In this document: in pieces, positions 9,174 through 17,353 of the stretch
How positions within the stretch are numbered: position 1 is the stretch's first letter
How the letters are laid out: each line of letters begins with the position of its first letter
Assembly (NCBI RefSeq): GCF_014396165.1
Contig: NZ_CP060715.1
Coordinates: forward strand, 1,830,001-1,862,000
DNA length: 32,000 nucleotides
Reading direction: 5' to 3'
From: Erysipelothrix inopinata
GTDB lineage: Bacteria; Bacillota_I; Bacilli_A; Erysipelotrichales; Erysipelotrichaceae
Notes under the pieces: generated by a model
What the model was told of the DNA's origin: nothing
Database searches by the model: none
What the model saw: the letters and a program-made list of their open reading frames with translations, nothing else
Position numbers and translations under genes: made by a program

Positions 9174-9869
9174 CTTAATTTCACATTTAAATATGTCAGT
9201 ATTCTTCTCACGCATTGAAATATAGCGTCCATGCGACACAATATAGTGGTCAAGGATTACTATATCCATCATAGCACCAATTGAAACAAGTAACTTTGTA
9301 ATCTCTTTATCTGCATCGCTTGCATACATGGTTTGACCTGGATGATTATGCACTAAAATCAAGCGTGTAGCATTACGTTGGATTGCAAGACGCATGATAT
9401 CTCGCGGATGAACTAAACTTTGGTTTAATGTTCCTTTGAAGATTTTCTCGGAACCTAAATACGCATTTTGATTATTAAGAAACACAACCATAAAATGCTC
9501 TTGTACATCGTACCCTATTTCAAGATTGAGCCAATTCATTAATGATTGTGGGTTATCAAGAACAATACGATCATCAAGATTCGGTTCCACAATCCTCTTA
9601 GAAATCTCACATAACGCAAGAATTTCAATTGCTTTGGCACTCTTGATTCCTTTAATATCCAATAAATTCGAATGCGATAATTCATGCAGTTTGCGAATCG
9701 AACCACACTGATTCAATACTTCATCCGCAAGTTCAAGAGAAGACTTTTGTGCGGTTCCTGTTCGAATAAACAACGCCAAAAGTTCTCTATCTGACAAACT
9801 TGCCAATCCCAGTAATTCCGCCTTTTCACGCGGCCTAACTGATGGATTCATTTCGTATATTTTCACCAT
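9168..9869 (-). CDS. radC: RadC-family JAB/MPN domain protein
   Basis: 233 aa. N-terminal PREKAELLGLASLSDRELLALFIRTG and JAMM motif HNHPGQTMYASDAD. Confidence 0.9.
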   Translation of the reverse strand: MVKIYEMNPSVRPREKAELLGLASLSDRELLALFIRTGTAQKSSLELADEVLNQCGSIRKLHELSHSNLLDIKGIKSAKAIEILALCEISKRIVEPNLDDRIVLDNPQSLMNWLNLEIGYDVQEHFMVVFLNNQNAYLGSEKIFKGTLNQSLVHPRDIMRLAIQRNATRLILVHNHPGQTMYASDADKEITKLLVSIGAMMDIVILDHYIVSHGRYISMREKNTDIFKCEIKE

Positions 9870-9913
9870 TCATCACCACTTAGAAATAAGCAATAAACAG
9901 TAATATTCCTTAA

Positions 9914-10723
9914 TTACTTGAGAACCGTCGTAACAGCTTCTCCAAATTCATTTTTAATAAATTCTTTGACACGAGGATCTTCAAAAGCTTTTAGAATTGC
10001 AAGTGTTTTTTCAGATTTCTCATTACCCTCTTTTACCGCAACAACATTTACTGTTTTTTCAATCGTCTCAGGAGAGATTGATTCTGCCTGTAAACCTCGA
10101 TCAATAATTTTTGCTCCTAATGCATAATTAACATTTAGAATGATGTAAGGCACATCATCAATTAGAGGTGCAATACTATCTGCAACAACTTCTTTGATCA
10201 CGATTCCTTTTGGATTGTTGACGATATCTTTAATTGTAGCAGTATCTTTGTTTTCATTTAATTCAATCCAGCCTGCTTCCTCAAGAAGTTTTAAAGCACG
10301 TGAGAGGTTTGTTGCATCATCAGGCACTAATACTTCATCACCGGCTGCAACTTCGTCTAAAGTCTTCTTGCTGCCTCCATAAATGACGAGTGGTTCATAG
10401 TGAACTTTGAGCACATCGACAAGATGTGTTCCTGCTTGTTCATTAAAATCTAACATGTAAGGAATATGTTGGAAGTAATTAGCATCCAAGCTTCCATCTT
10501 CCACTAAAGTATTTGGCAATTTAAAATCATCCATCGTTTTAACTTCCAATTGAAATCCTTGCTCTTCCAAGCTAGGTCTGAGTTGTTCTAGTATTTCAGC
10601 ATGAGGAACAGGTGTTGCCCCAATACGAATTACAGTATCTGCTTCTTTTGCTTTTGTAGAGGGCTTTGCCCCACATCCTGTAACTAATAATGCAATTAAT
10701 AATATTAAGAAACTTTTTTTCAT
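9914..10723 (-). CDS. metQ: Methionine ABC transporter substrate-binding lipoprotein (MetQ/NlpA family)
   Basis: 269 aa. Lipobox LVTG-C. IRIGATPVPHAEILE and NYFQH motifs typical of MetQ. AGGAGG SD. Preceded by a Met T-box. Confidence 0.88.
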   Translation of the reverse strand: MKKSFLILLIALLVTGCGAKPSTKAKEADTVIRIGATPVPHAEILEQLRPSLEEQGFQLEVKTMDDFKLPNTLVEDGSLDANYFQHIPYMLDFNEQAGTHLVDVLKVHYEPLVIYGGSKKTLDEVAAGDEVLVPDDATNLSRALKLLEEAGWIELNENKDTATIKDIVNNPKGIVIKEVVADSIAPLIDDVPYIILNVNYALGAKIIDRGLQAESISPETIEKTVNVVAVKEGNEKSEKTLAILKAFEDPRVKEFIKNEFGEAVTTVLK

Positions 10724-10751
10724 CCTATACTCCTCCTAAATGTTTCCTAAA

Positions 10752-10999
10752 CACAAAAAACGCCCATCCCTAAGGACGAGCGTGCTCATGTTACCACCTT
10801 AATTTATCTATACTTCACAGTATAAATCTTATCGAGTACTATCATACTCTGACACTGTAACGGGTGTACCCGGTATCTCCTAAACTCTGAGTCTCAGAAA
10901 TACTGCTCCAAGGCCATTTTCTTCTTAATGCCATCTATCTGTTTCCACCTAACCAGACTCTCTGTAAGATTTTCAAAAGAATACTTTCCTTTTCATCGC
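10752..10999 (-). promoter_or_regulatory. T-box riboswitch leader, methionine (AUG) specifier
   Basis: Read on the minus strand. Stem I has GCGATGA (K-turn/GA motif), AGTA, AGAGAG, GGTGGAAAC, and the specifier-loop 3' side GAA-A-ATG-G (AUG = 10917..10915). The T-box sequence AAGGTGGTAACATGAG (10800..10785) is followed by terminator CGCTCGTCC-ttag-GGATGGGCG plus TTTTTT. Confidence 0.85.
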
Positions 11000-11007
11000 T
11001 TTTCATT

Positions 11008-11036
11008 ATTATGAGATGTTTTTTCATAAAAGTCAA
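11008..11036 (-). promoter_or_regulatory. Sigma-A promoter of the T-box-metQ transcript
   Basis: Minus strand TTGACT, 17 nt, CATAAT. The predicted TSS is a few nt before the GCGATGA start of Stem I. Confidence 0.6.
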
Positions 11037-11043
11037 CAACTAT

Positions 11044-11052
11044 TCTACAAAT
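11044..11052. repeat. Target-site duplication, left copy (TCTACAAAT)
   Basis: An identical 9-mer directly abuts the other end of the IS at 12576..12584. Confidence 0.8.
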
Positions 11053-12575
11053 GATTGTGTAAAATAGGTGGGGGAATACAAAAAGCGATAACTCGCTTAT
11101 AATGGTTTTACTACAAACTATTAGAAAGTGAGCTATCGCCATGACTATTTTACCACAATTTGAATTATCCAACACCTTAAAAAATTTATTTGTGTCTATC
11201 CAGGAATCAACGAATTACCTTTTAGAACCTACCAATCAAGAATTTACGATCCGTAATTACTCTCAGTTTATTGAACATACTTCAGAATGGCTTCGCATTG
11301 CTGCTTGTGACTATCTTGTTCAAAACTTTGAACTTCTTGATTTAAAATTTAAGAATTCCGCACTTCGTAAAAGAGATTACTATGTTCACCAAACACGTGA
11401 ACGCACCCTTATTACTGTATTTGGAGTCGTGAAGTTTAAACGAACTATCTACAAAGATAAGACTACAGGAAAAACCTTTATCTATGTCGATCGCAAACTA
11501 GGTTTACCTAAATATGATCGCTATGACCCATGCGTAAAGTGCATGATTGTGGAGACTTTTGCGAATCAAAATTCAATGATTAAAGTCGGAGAGCAGATTG
11601 GTGACAGAATCTTTTCTTCTTTCTCAACGTCTCAGCATCGTGAACATTATCGTATATCAAGACAAACAGTTTATAATACCGTTAAACGTCCCTTGCCGTC
11701 ACTGTCTGAACTTTGTGAGCCTAAGCCTACACCAAGTCACTTATACATCATGGCCGATGAAAAGTATGTTCATATGCAACGTAATGAATCTCAGTCTGTC
11801 ATGGTCAAGTCAGCTGTAATTTTTGAAGGTATAAAAGGACCTCAGAAGCGCCGTCAATTGATTAATAAAATGGTTTATTCAGGAACTGAAAGTAATTTCT
11901 GGAATAGTGTATATGACCTCTTATCAATCACGTATGATATGGATAAAATCAAGAATATTACCATACTCGGAGATGGTGCTTTATGGATTAAGTCAGGAAC
12001 TCGTGAATTTTCTCATAGTAGCTTTGCCCTTGATAAGTTTCACTTTAAACAAGCACTTAATCATATCACCACAGATAAACCTACAAAAGAAATCCTCGCC
12101 TCCAATATAATTAACGGAAATACTGAAACCTTTAATCAAATCATTCAAACCTTGATAGATGGTACAGAACAATCAAATCGTCAAAAAACAATAGAAGAAA
12201 AATGTAATTATATACTACGCAATACTCTTGCGATACAGTACAGCTACAACGGCTTGAAAATAGGTTGTAGTATGGAGTCAGCTATCAGTCATAATCTCGC
12301 TTCTATATACTCAAATAGACCTAAGGGATACTGCAAAGAAAATTTAAATGCTTATCTTAATCTAAGAAACTTATTCCTTAACCATATCGATATTAGAAAC
12401 TTATATTTAGATTCAATAGATCCTAAAAGTATAAAACAAAAAGAAGCCAAATATGACTTCTCGATGTTCGAACAACGAAATGCTTACGATAAATCCTCGA
12501 GTTCAAGATGGCTTAAGGCACATATCAGCAGAAATTAAAGAAACCATTATTTTCCCCCACTTATTTGACACTAAC
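11053..12575 (+). mobile_element. Insertion sequence, ISLre2 (UPF0236) family, 1523 bp, apparently intact
   Basis: Terminal inverted repeats match at 20/24 positions: GATTGTGTAAAATAGGTGGGGGAA (11053..11076) against the reverse complement of 12552..12575 (GTTAGTGTCAAATAAGTGGGGGAA). Flanked by a 9-bp direct repeat. Carries a single uninterrupted transposase ORF. Confidence 0.85.
11141..12538 (+). CDS. ISLre2/UPF0236-family DDE transposase
   Basis: 465 aa. RERTLITVFGVVKFKRTIYKDKTTGKTFIYVDRKLGLP matches the characteristic UPF0236 N-terminal block. Candidate DDE residues lie in IMADEKYV, ILGDGALWIK and CSMESAISHN. Confidence 0.8.
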   Translation: MTILPQFELSNTLKNLFVSIQESTNYLLEPTNQEFTIRNYSQFIEHTSEWLRIAACDYLVQNFELLDLKFKNSALRKRDYYVHQTRERTLITVFGVVKFKRTIYKDKTTGKTFIYVDRKLGLPKYDRYDPCVKCMIVETFANQNSMIKVGEQIGDRIFSSFSTSQHREHYRISRQTVYNTVKRPLPSLSELCEPKPTPSHLYIMADEKYVHMQRNESQSVMVKSAVIFEGIKGPQKRRQLINKMVYSGTESNFWNSVYDLLSITYDMDKIKNITILGDGALWIKSGTREFSHSSFALDKFHFKQALNHITTDKPTKEILASNIINGNTETFNQIIQTLIDGTEQSNRQKTIEEKCNYILRNTLAIQYSYNGLKIGCSMESAISHNLASIYSNRPKGYCKENLNAYLNLRNLFLNHIDIRNLYLDSIDPKSIKQKEAKYDFSMFEQRNAYDKSSSSRWLKAHISRN

Positions 12576-12584
12576 TCTACAAAT
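12576..12584. repeat. Target-site duplication, right copy (TCTACAAAT)
   Basis: See the left copy at 11044..11052. Confidence 0.8.
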
Positions 12585-12595
12585 ACAATTCACTT

Positions 12596-12616
12596 CCTCT
12601 AAATTAGAGGTATAAT
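12596..12616 (+). promoter_or_regulatory. Putative namA -10 box (TATAAT 12611..12616) abutted by inverted repeat CCTCT-N5-AGAGG
   Basis: TATAAT lies 27 nt upstream of the namA ATG (AGGAGG SD between them). The -35 (ATTCAC) is weak. A 5-bp-arm inverted repeat occupies the spacer. Confidence 0.35.
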
Positions 12617-12643
12617 TGTGTATACTAAGACTAGGAGGTAATT

Positions 12644-13660
12644 ATGAAACTATTAGAATCAGCAACAATTGGAAAAATGGAATTAAAGAATCGTGTCATC
12701 ATGGAACCGATGTGTATGTATTCCGCAACGGATCACGATGGAATTCCCACTCACTTTCATCGTGCTCATTATACAAGTCGTGCAATTGGACAAGTTGGAC
12801 TTATCATCGTAGAAGCAACAGGTGTGGTCCCAGAAGGTCGCATTACCGATGATTGTTTAGGGTTATGGAATGATAAGCAAATGACTGCATTTAAAGACCT
12901 CGTTGAGTCTGTACATAGCCAAGGTAGCAAAATTGCAATTCAACTAAACCATGCAGGACGTAAATGCACTGCAGTTGATGGTGTTGATGAGATTTTTGCA
13001 CCAAGTGCCATTGCATATAATGAAGACTATCGAAAACCAACAGAATTATCAAAAGATCAGATTAAAGAAGTTGTTCAAGCTTTCCAAGATGCAGCAAAAA
13101 GAGCGAATGAAGCAGGATTTGACGCTTTGGAAATTCATGCAGCTCACGGTTATTTATTATCAGAGTTTATGAGCCCTGTCTCAAATCAGAGAACTGATGA
13201 ATATGCCGATGCAAGCATCATTATAAAAGAAGTGATTGATGCAATTAGAGTGGTCTGGCCTTCAGAAAAACCAATTCTCATTCGTGTCAGTGCAACAGAC
13301 TATGAAGATCAAGGTCTCAACACTGATCTAACAATCAAAATATTAGAACCTATCAAAGACTCTGTTGATATTATTAACGTATCGACAGGTGGCATTACGC
13401 CAACCCCACCACATCAGATCTTCCCAGGTTACCAAGTTGAACACGCTCTAAAAATTAAAGACGCACTTCAAATGCCTGTCGTAGCGTGTGGTCTTCTTGG
13501 AAGTCACGACCTGGCCAGTTACCTACTTGAATCCAATCAAGTGGATTTCATTGGTCTTGCACGTCCCCTTCTTAAAAACCCTCATTGGGTTGTGGATTTC
13601 GCAAAGGCACGTCGAAAATCCGAATTCATTCCTCGCCAATACGAACGCGGATTCAAATAA
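12644..13660 (+). CDS. namA: NADPH dehydrogenase, YqjM-type Old Yellow Enzyme
   Basis: 338 aa. KNRVIMEPMCMYS, HRAHYTSRAIGQVGLIIVEATGV and IQLNHAGRK closely parallel B. subtilis YqjM/NamA. Confidence 0.92.
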   Translation: MKLLESATIGKMELKNRVIMEPMCMYSATDHDGIPTHFHRAHYTSRAIGQVGLIIVEATGVVPEGRITDDCLGLWNDKQMTAFKDLVESVHSQGSKIAIQLNHAGRKCTAVDGVDEIFAPSAIAYNEDYRKPTELSKDQIKEVVQAFQDAAKRANEAGFDALEIHAAHGYLLSEFMSPVSNQRTDEYADASIIIKEVIDAIRVVWPSEKPILIRVSATDYEDQGLNTDLTIKILEPIKDSVDIINVSTGGITPTPPHQIFPGYQVEHALKIKDALQMPVVACGLLGSHDLASYLLESNQVDFIGLARPLLKNPHWVVDFAKARRKSEFIPRQYERGFK

Positions 13661-13664
13661 GAAC

Positions 13665-13716
13665 AAAAAAAGCTGTAACATTGAACCTCACGGATCTTTG
13701 CTACAGCTTTTGTTTA
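13665..13716. terminator. Bidirectional intrinsic terminator between convergent namA and ftsZ
   Basis: AGCTGTA (13671..13677) pairs with TACAGCT (13702..13708), plus 2 further pairs after a mismatch. An A-run lies upstream and TTTTGTTT downstream, so either strand sees a U-tract. Confidence 0.6.
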
Positions 13717-13724
13717 ATTATAAA

Positions 13725-14786
13725 TTATCGACTCTTGAAAAATTCAGGAATGTCGTTGTTTGTATCTTTTTTAGTTTCAGAAGATACATTTTGGTTGTTG
13801 TTACGTTTATCATTAAATGAGTTACGTACCGGTTCTTTAACTTCTTCTTCCTTGTCAAAACCCGTTGCAATAACTGTAACAATAATTGCATCACCAATGT
13901 TTTCATTGATTGCGACACCAAAGATAATATCAATATCATTTCCTGCAGCGTCACGGATGTAATCAACCGCTTCACTTGCATCTTGAATTGAAATTGAATC
14001 GCCACCAGTTACGTTAACAATAGCATTTCTTGCGCCTGAGATTTGAGCTTCAAGAAGTGGTGATGTAATTGCTTTTTGAGCAGCTTCTTCAGATTTGTTT
14101 TCACCTTGAGCCATACCAATACCAATTAAGGCACTACCTTGGTTAGCCATGACGGAACGAACATCTGCAAAGTCCAAGTTGATCATTGCTGGAACAGCAA
14201 TAAGATCAGTGATGGTTTGAACACCTTGACGTAAGACATTATCCGCTTCTTTAAATGCTTCTTGGAATGGAATACGTCCAATAACTTCAAGAAGTTGGTT
14301 ATTACTTACGATGATTAATGAATCAACATAAGCTTTTAATTCTTCAAGTCCTTCAAGTGCTTGATTCCCACGACGACGGCCTTCAAATGTAAATGGTTTT
14401 GTAACAATACCCACAACAAGTGCGCCTTCTTCTTGAGCAATTTTCGCTACCAATGGTGATGCACCTGTACCAGTACCCCCACCAAGACCTGCTGTAACAA
14501 AGACCATGTCGGCACCCTTCACAGCATCACGAATTTCATTTTCGCTTTCTACAGCGGCTTTGCGGCCTAATTCTGGATTAGCTCCAGCACCAAGACCCTT
14601 AGTAATTTCACGACCTAATTCGATTCGGTTTGTGACAGGTGAAACATTCAACACTTGCAAATCAGTATTTGCAACGTAAAATTCGACACCACGCATCCCT
14701 TCATCGACCATGCGGTTAACGGCATTACATCCGGCACCACCAACTCCAATAACTTTTATTTTCGCAACAGTTTGCATTGAATCCAT
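13725..14786 (-). CDS. ftsZ: Cell division protein FtsZ
   Basis: 353 aa. [13 protein letters not shown] and [10 protein letters not shown] tubulin signature. Conserved C-terminal peptide [16 protein letters not shown]. Confidence 0.98.
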   Translation of the reverse strand: MDSMQTVAKIKVIGVGGAGCNAVNRMVDEGMRGVEFYVANTDLQVLNVSPVTNRIELGREITKGLGAGANPELGRKAAVESENEIRDAVKGADMVFVTAGLGGGTGTGASPLVAKIAQEEGALVVGIVTKPFTFEGRRRGNQALEGLEELKAYVDSLIIVSNNQLLEVIGRIPFQEAFKEADNVLRQGVQTITDLIAVPAMINLDFADVRSVMANQGSALIGIGMAQGENKSEEAAQKAITSPLLEAQISGARNAIVNVTGGDSISIQDASEAVDYIRDAAGNDIDIIFGVAINENIGDAIIVTVIATGFDKEEEVKEPVRNSFNDKRNNNQNVSSETKKDTNNDIPEFFKSR

Positions 14787-14803
14787 ATTAATTCCTCCAC
14801 TTA

Positions 14804-16039
14804 TTATCGTTCAAAGAACATGTTCTTTAATTTTTTTGTAATTGATTCTTCTTCAACTTCTTGATTATATTGTAACACAACTCGTTTATATTCTTCTTCA
14901 TCAACGCTAGAAAGCGTGTAATCACGATAAACTTGTTGATCTTTGTAGTAATAGAATGCACCTAACAACGATGTTAGTCCTGCATCTTTCACTCCGAATG
15001 TTGTTGAGCGGTAACATTCCGCATCACATTCTGAAGCTTGTTCCATAAATTCAGGAATTCCAAGAATCTCACTGGATTCACCCGTAATCACATATCGAGG
15101 TTTTCCTAAAGTATATATCGGTTCACATCGATCCGATAAGTCACGTAACATATCTTTAACATCATCCGCTACGAGGTCCATAATATCTGCTTGCGTAATC
15201 GTGTAAGTATTCGACTTACTTGACCACATAAATATCGGATCCGTTCCCGCTTCTTGAAGACTCAGGTCTACATTATAATATAAGAGTCTGTGTACAACAT
15301 CTGAAGGAACTTTTAGTGATGTTTCAAGTTTCCCTAAAATGCGATGGAATCCGTTATCAATCACTTCATTTGAGAGATACACGCCTTTATGGAATAAAGC
15401 TAAATGAACTGATTGTTCATTTAGAGTGAGACCAATAATTGGTGTATCTATCGAAGCTTCAAATAATGATGCCTCTTTTGCTAATCCGATATCATCAAGA
15501 ATAATATCGATTACTTTTAATCCTGACTTTTCAACACAGCCGATAAAAGGAAATGCAATGGATTCCTTAATATAGTAACATTCCGCTTCAAGTGTTAAAT
15601 TATCACACTTTTCATTCATTGGAACTTTACGTGTTGAGCTTCCATTTACAAAAAATTTACTGATGAGTATATCAGCCAATACATATCCTTCAGGAGATGG
15701 ATATTTCAAGACTTCTCTATAAGCTCTACGTACATCGAGTTCAGAAATACGACCTGTAATTGGGATTCTTAATTGTCGATTCACATGTTTCATATTTGCG
15801 CTAGGTACTAAAAGAAGCACTCGACGAATCACAACCCCTAAATTACGAGATGCGTTCTCAACTGCTTTTTTTATTGCCTCTACAACATGATTTTCACTTA
15901 CTATGGTATGTCCTTGAACACCCATGTGCGCTACGCGCTCTACTTTTAATATATTTAAACGACCGTTATAAAATTGCCCAACAAGCAATCGCACTTCATG
16001 ATCCGCAATTTCTAAAGCTGCGAGTATTTGTTTTTCCAT
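14804..16039 (-). CDS. ftsA: Cell division protein FtsA
   Basis: 411 aa actin-like ATPase directly upstream of ftsZ. C-terminal amphipathic tail [21 protein letters not shown]. Confidence 0.93.
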   Translation of the reverse strand: MEKQILAALEIADHEVRLLVGQFYNGRLNILKVERVAHMGVQGHTIVSENHVVEAIKKAVENASRNLGVVIRRVLLLVPSANMKHVNRQLRIPITGRISELDVRRAYREVLKYPSPEGYVLADILISKFFVNGSSTRKVPMNEKCDNLTLEAECYYIKESIAFPFIGCVEKSGLKVIDIILDDIGLAKEASLFEASIDTPIIGLTLNEQSVHLALFHKGVYLSNEVIDNGFHRILGKLETSLKVPSDVVHRLLYYNVDLSLQEAGTDPIFMWSSKSNTYTITQADIMDLVADDVKDMLRDLSDRCEPIYTLGKPRYVITGESSEILGIPEFMEQASECDAECYRSTTFGVKDAGLTSLLGAFYYYKDQQVYRDYTLSSVDEEEYKRVVLQYNQEVEEESITKKLKNMFFER

Positions 16040-16105
16040 CTGCGAACCTCCTTGTGCTACAAGTATAATATCATATTAAATCGTAAGATTAAAGGCATTA
16101 TAGCG

Positions 16106-16180
16106 TTCACAATAGAGTTTTTTCACAACCATTTAGAGATTTCACAACAAGTTCATAATTGTATATCACTTGTTTCACAA
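16106..16180 (-). repeat. Five same-orientation copies of TTGTGAA (one is TTATGAA) upstream of ftsA
   Basis: Plus-strand TTCACAA at 16106, 16122, 16141 and 16174, and TTCATAA at 16152. All lie within 75 bp, 67-141 nt upstream of the ftsA ATG. Confidence 0.7.
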
Positions 16181-16335
16181 AAACCACTAAGAAAACATGT
16201 TTAGATATTGGTACAATAATCTTACAATCTTCATGACTTCTCAATTTTACAGACACTTCCTAAAACGCTCTACGAGTTCATATTTCTTCATTTTATCGTG
16301 CAAATACTTTTTTAAACAAAATATAGCTTTATCTC

Positions 16336-16364
16336 TTGCTAAATCAATATCTATATGATATAGT
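16336..16364 (+). promoter_or_regulatory. Putative sigma-A promoter for rpmB
   Basis: TTGCTA, 17 nt, TATAGT, with a TG at the extended -10 position (TGaTATAGT). About 37 nt upstream of the rpmB ATG. Confidence 0.5.
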
Positions 16365-16401
16365 TACAAAGCGTTATTAAGACAAGAAAGGGGGTTACGG
16401 T

Positions 16402-16593
16402 ATGCCTAGAGTATGTTCCGTATCCGGTAAAAAAACTTTATCAGGAAACAAACGCTCACATTCACTTCATGCAACTCCTAGAAAGTGGAATGTTAACTTA
16501 CAAAAAGCGACGATTATGGTTGATGGAAAACCAACTAGAGTCCGTATTTCCGCCCGTGCACTAAAATCATTAAAGGCACAACAAGCTAAATAA
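16402..16593 (+). CDS. rpmB: 50S ribosomal protein L28
   Basis: 63 aa: [35 protein letters not shown]... GGGGG SD. Confidence 0.97.
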   Translation: MPRVCSVSGKKTLSGNKRSHSLHATPRKWNVNLQKATIMVDGKPTRVRISARALKSLKAQQAK

Positions 16594-16601
16594 TAAAAAA
16601 T

Positions 16602-16624
16602 ACGGTGTTTGTGCCGTTTTTTTT
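16602..16624 (+). terminator. Intrinsic terminator after rpmB
   Basis: ACGGTG-tttg-TGCCGT hairpin (4 Watson-Crick and 2 G-U pairs) followed by 7 T. The preceding A-run could let it also work for the convergent thiN operon. Confidence 0.65.
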
Positions 16625-16762
16625 ATATATTATATTTGAATCATACCAACCTTTCTCATTGAATCGTTGGTTTTTTATTGCCTATAAAAGACAAAAAACA
16701 CCATTGTCCAAAAGAAGACTCATGATGTTTTCGTTATGTATTAATCTTGATGATCGATTAAT

Positions 16763-17353
16763 CTATGGTTTACTTTGGATCATCAGTACCGCCGCTTCTT
16801 CAAGGTAGACTGTTCCTGATGAATTGATAATTTCATTTGAAGTTAGAAATGTATCATTGGGTTTAATGGGTTGATTCGTAAGTGGATATTTAAATCCTTC
16901 CAAGGTTATGAAACCCGGCGTAATTATTAAAAATGAAATATATTGATAGTCTTGTTTGTTAATTACATAAGTCCCTGCATCGAGTCTTTGCATTCGATTT
17001 TGATCATCCACAATCTCTACACGGCTGTCCTGCATGGCAATCATCACGTTTAGATACTCATGGTCCCTTCGCCTGCCAAGTCCCCCTACTACGAGGATAC
17101 GCTCATAATCGGCGCACAAACGATACGCATAGTCAAAATCCGTTAAGTCTTTTTCAGGATTAAGAGCTATCGTTTCATTTGCATAGGATTCGATAGCTTG
17201 AAATTGATCGGGCGTTACCGAATCAAAGTCACCACATGCTAGCATCATAGTAATATCTTTTAAGACACAAATGTATGCTCCATAATCGACACCTATGACA
17301 TCGCCTTCCACCTCACCATTGAAGTCACCCAAGACAATGGTTACTGTTTTCAT
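16763..17353 (-). CDS. thiN: Thiamine diphosphokinase
   Basis: 196 aa. GVDYGA...ACGDFDSV...PEKDLTDFDYA motifs. ATGA overlap with the rpe stop. Confidence 0.88.
   Translation of the reverse strand: MKTVTIVLGDFNGEVEGDVIGVDYGAYICVLKDITMMLACGDFDSVTPDQFQAIESYANETIALNPEKDLTDFDYAYRLCADYERILVVGGLGRRRDHEYLNVMIAMQDSRVEIVDDQNRMQRLDAGTYVINKQDYQYISFLIITPGFITLEGFKYPLTNQPIKPNDTFLTSNEIINSSGTVYLEEAAVLMIQSKP

Noticed and set aside
10993-11175. 60-aa minus-strand ORF spanning the IS left end and the metQ promoter
   Set aside because: It crosses the IS boundary and runs through the promoter and the start of the T-box leader. It has no SD. It is an artefact of the insertion junction.
12565-12589. Outward-facing hybrid promoter from the IS right end (TTGACA in IRR plus TACAAT in flanking DNA)
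   Set aside because: The spacer is only 13 nt, whereas 16-18 nt is needed. It is unlikely to work as a sigma-A promoter. The left end likewise gives no properly spaced outward promoter.
13585-14005. ORFs of 125 aa (+) and 95 aa (-, out of frame) overlapping the 3' part of ftsZ
   Set aside because: They lie antisense to, or out of frame within, a strongly conserved gene. They have no SD and their composition is low-complexity. They are typical shadow ORFs.
16106-16180. Interpreting the TTGTGAA repeats as canonical Rex operators
   Set aside because: Rex binds an inverted repeat (TTGTGAA-N4-TTCACAA). All five copies here have the same orientation and none has an inverted partner at the right spacing. 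Only the half-site resemblance is noted.
16197-16358. 53-aa plus-strand ORF in the ftsA-rpmB spacer (MFRYWYNNLTIF...)
   Set aside because: It has no convincing SD and an aromatic, AT-codon-rich composition typical of random AT-rich sequence. It runs through the predicted rpmB promoter.
16605-16808. 67-aa plus-strand ORF downstream of rpmB
   Set aside because: It starts inside the U-tract of the rpmB terminator with a non-ATG start, overlaps the 3' end of thiN on the opposite strand, and has no SD.
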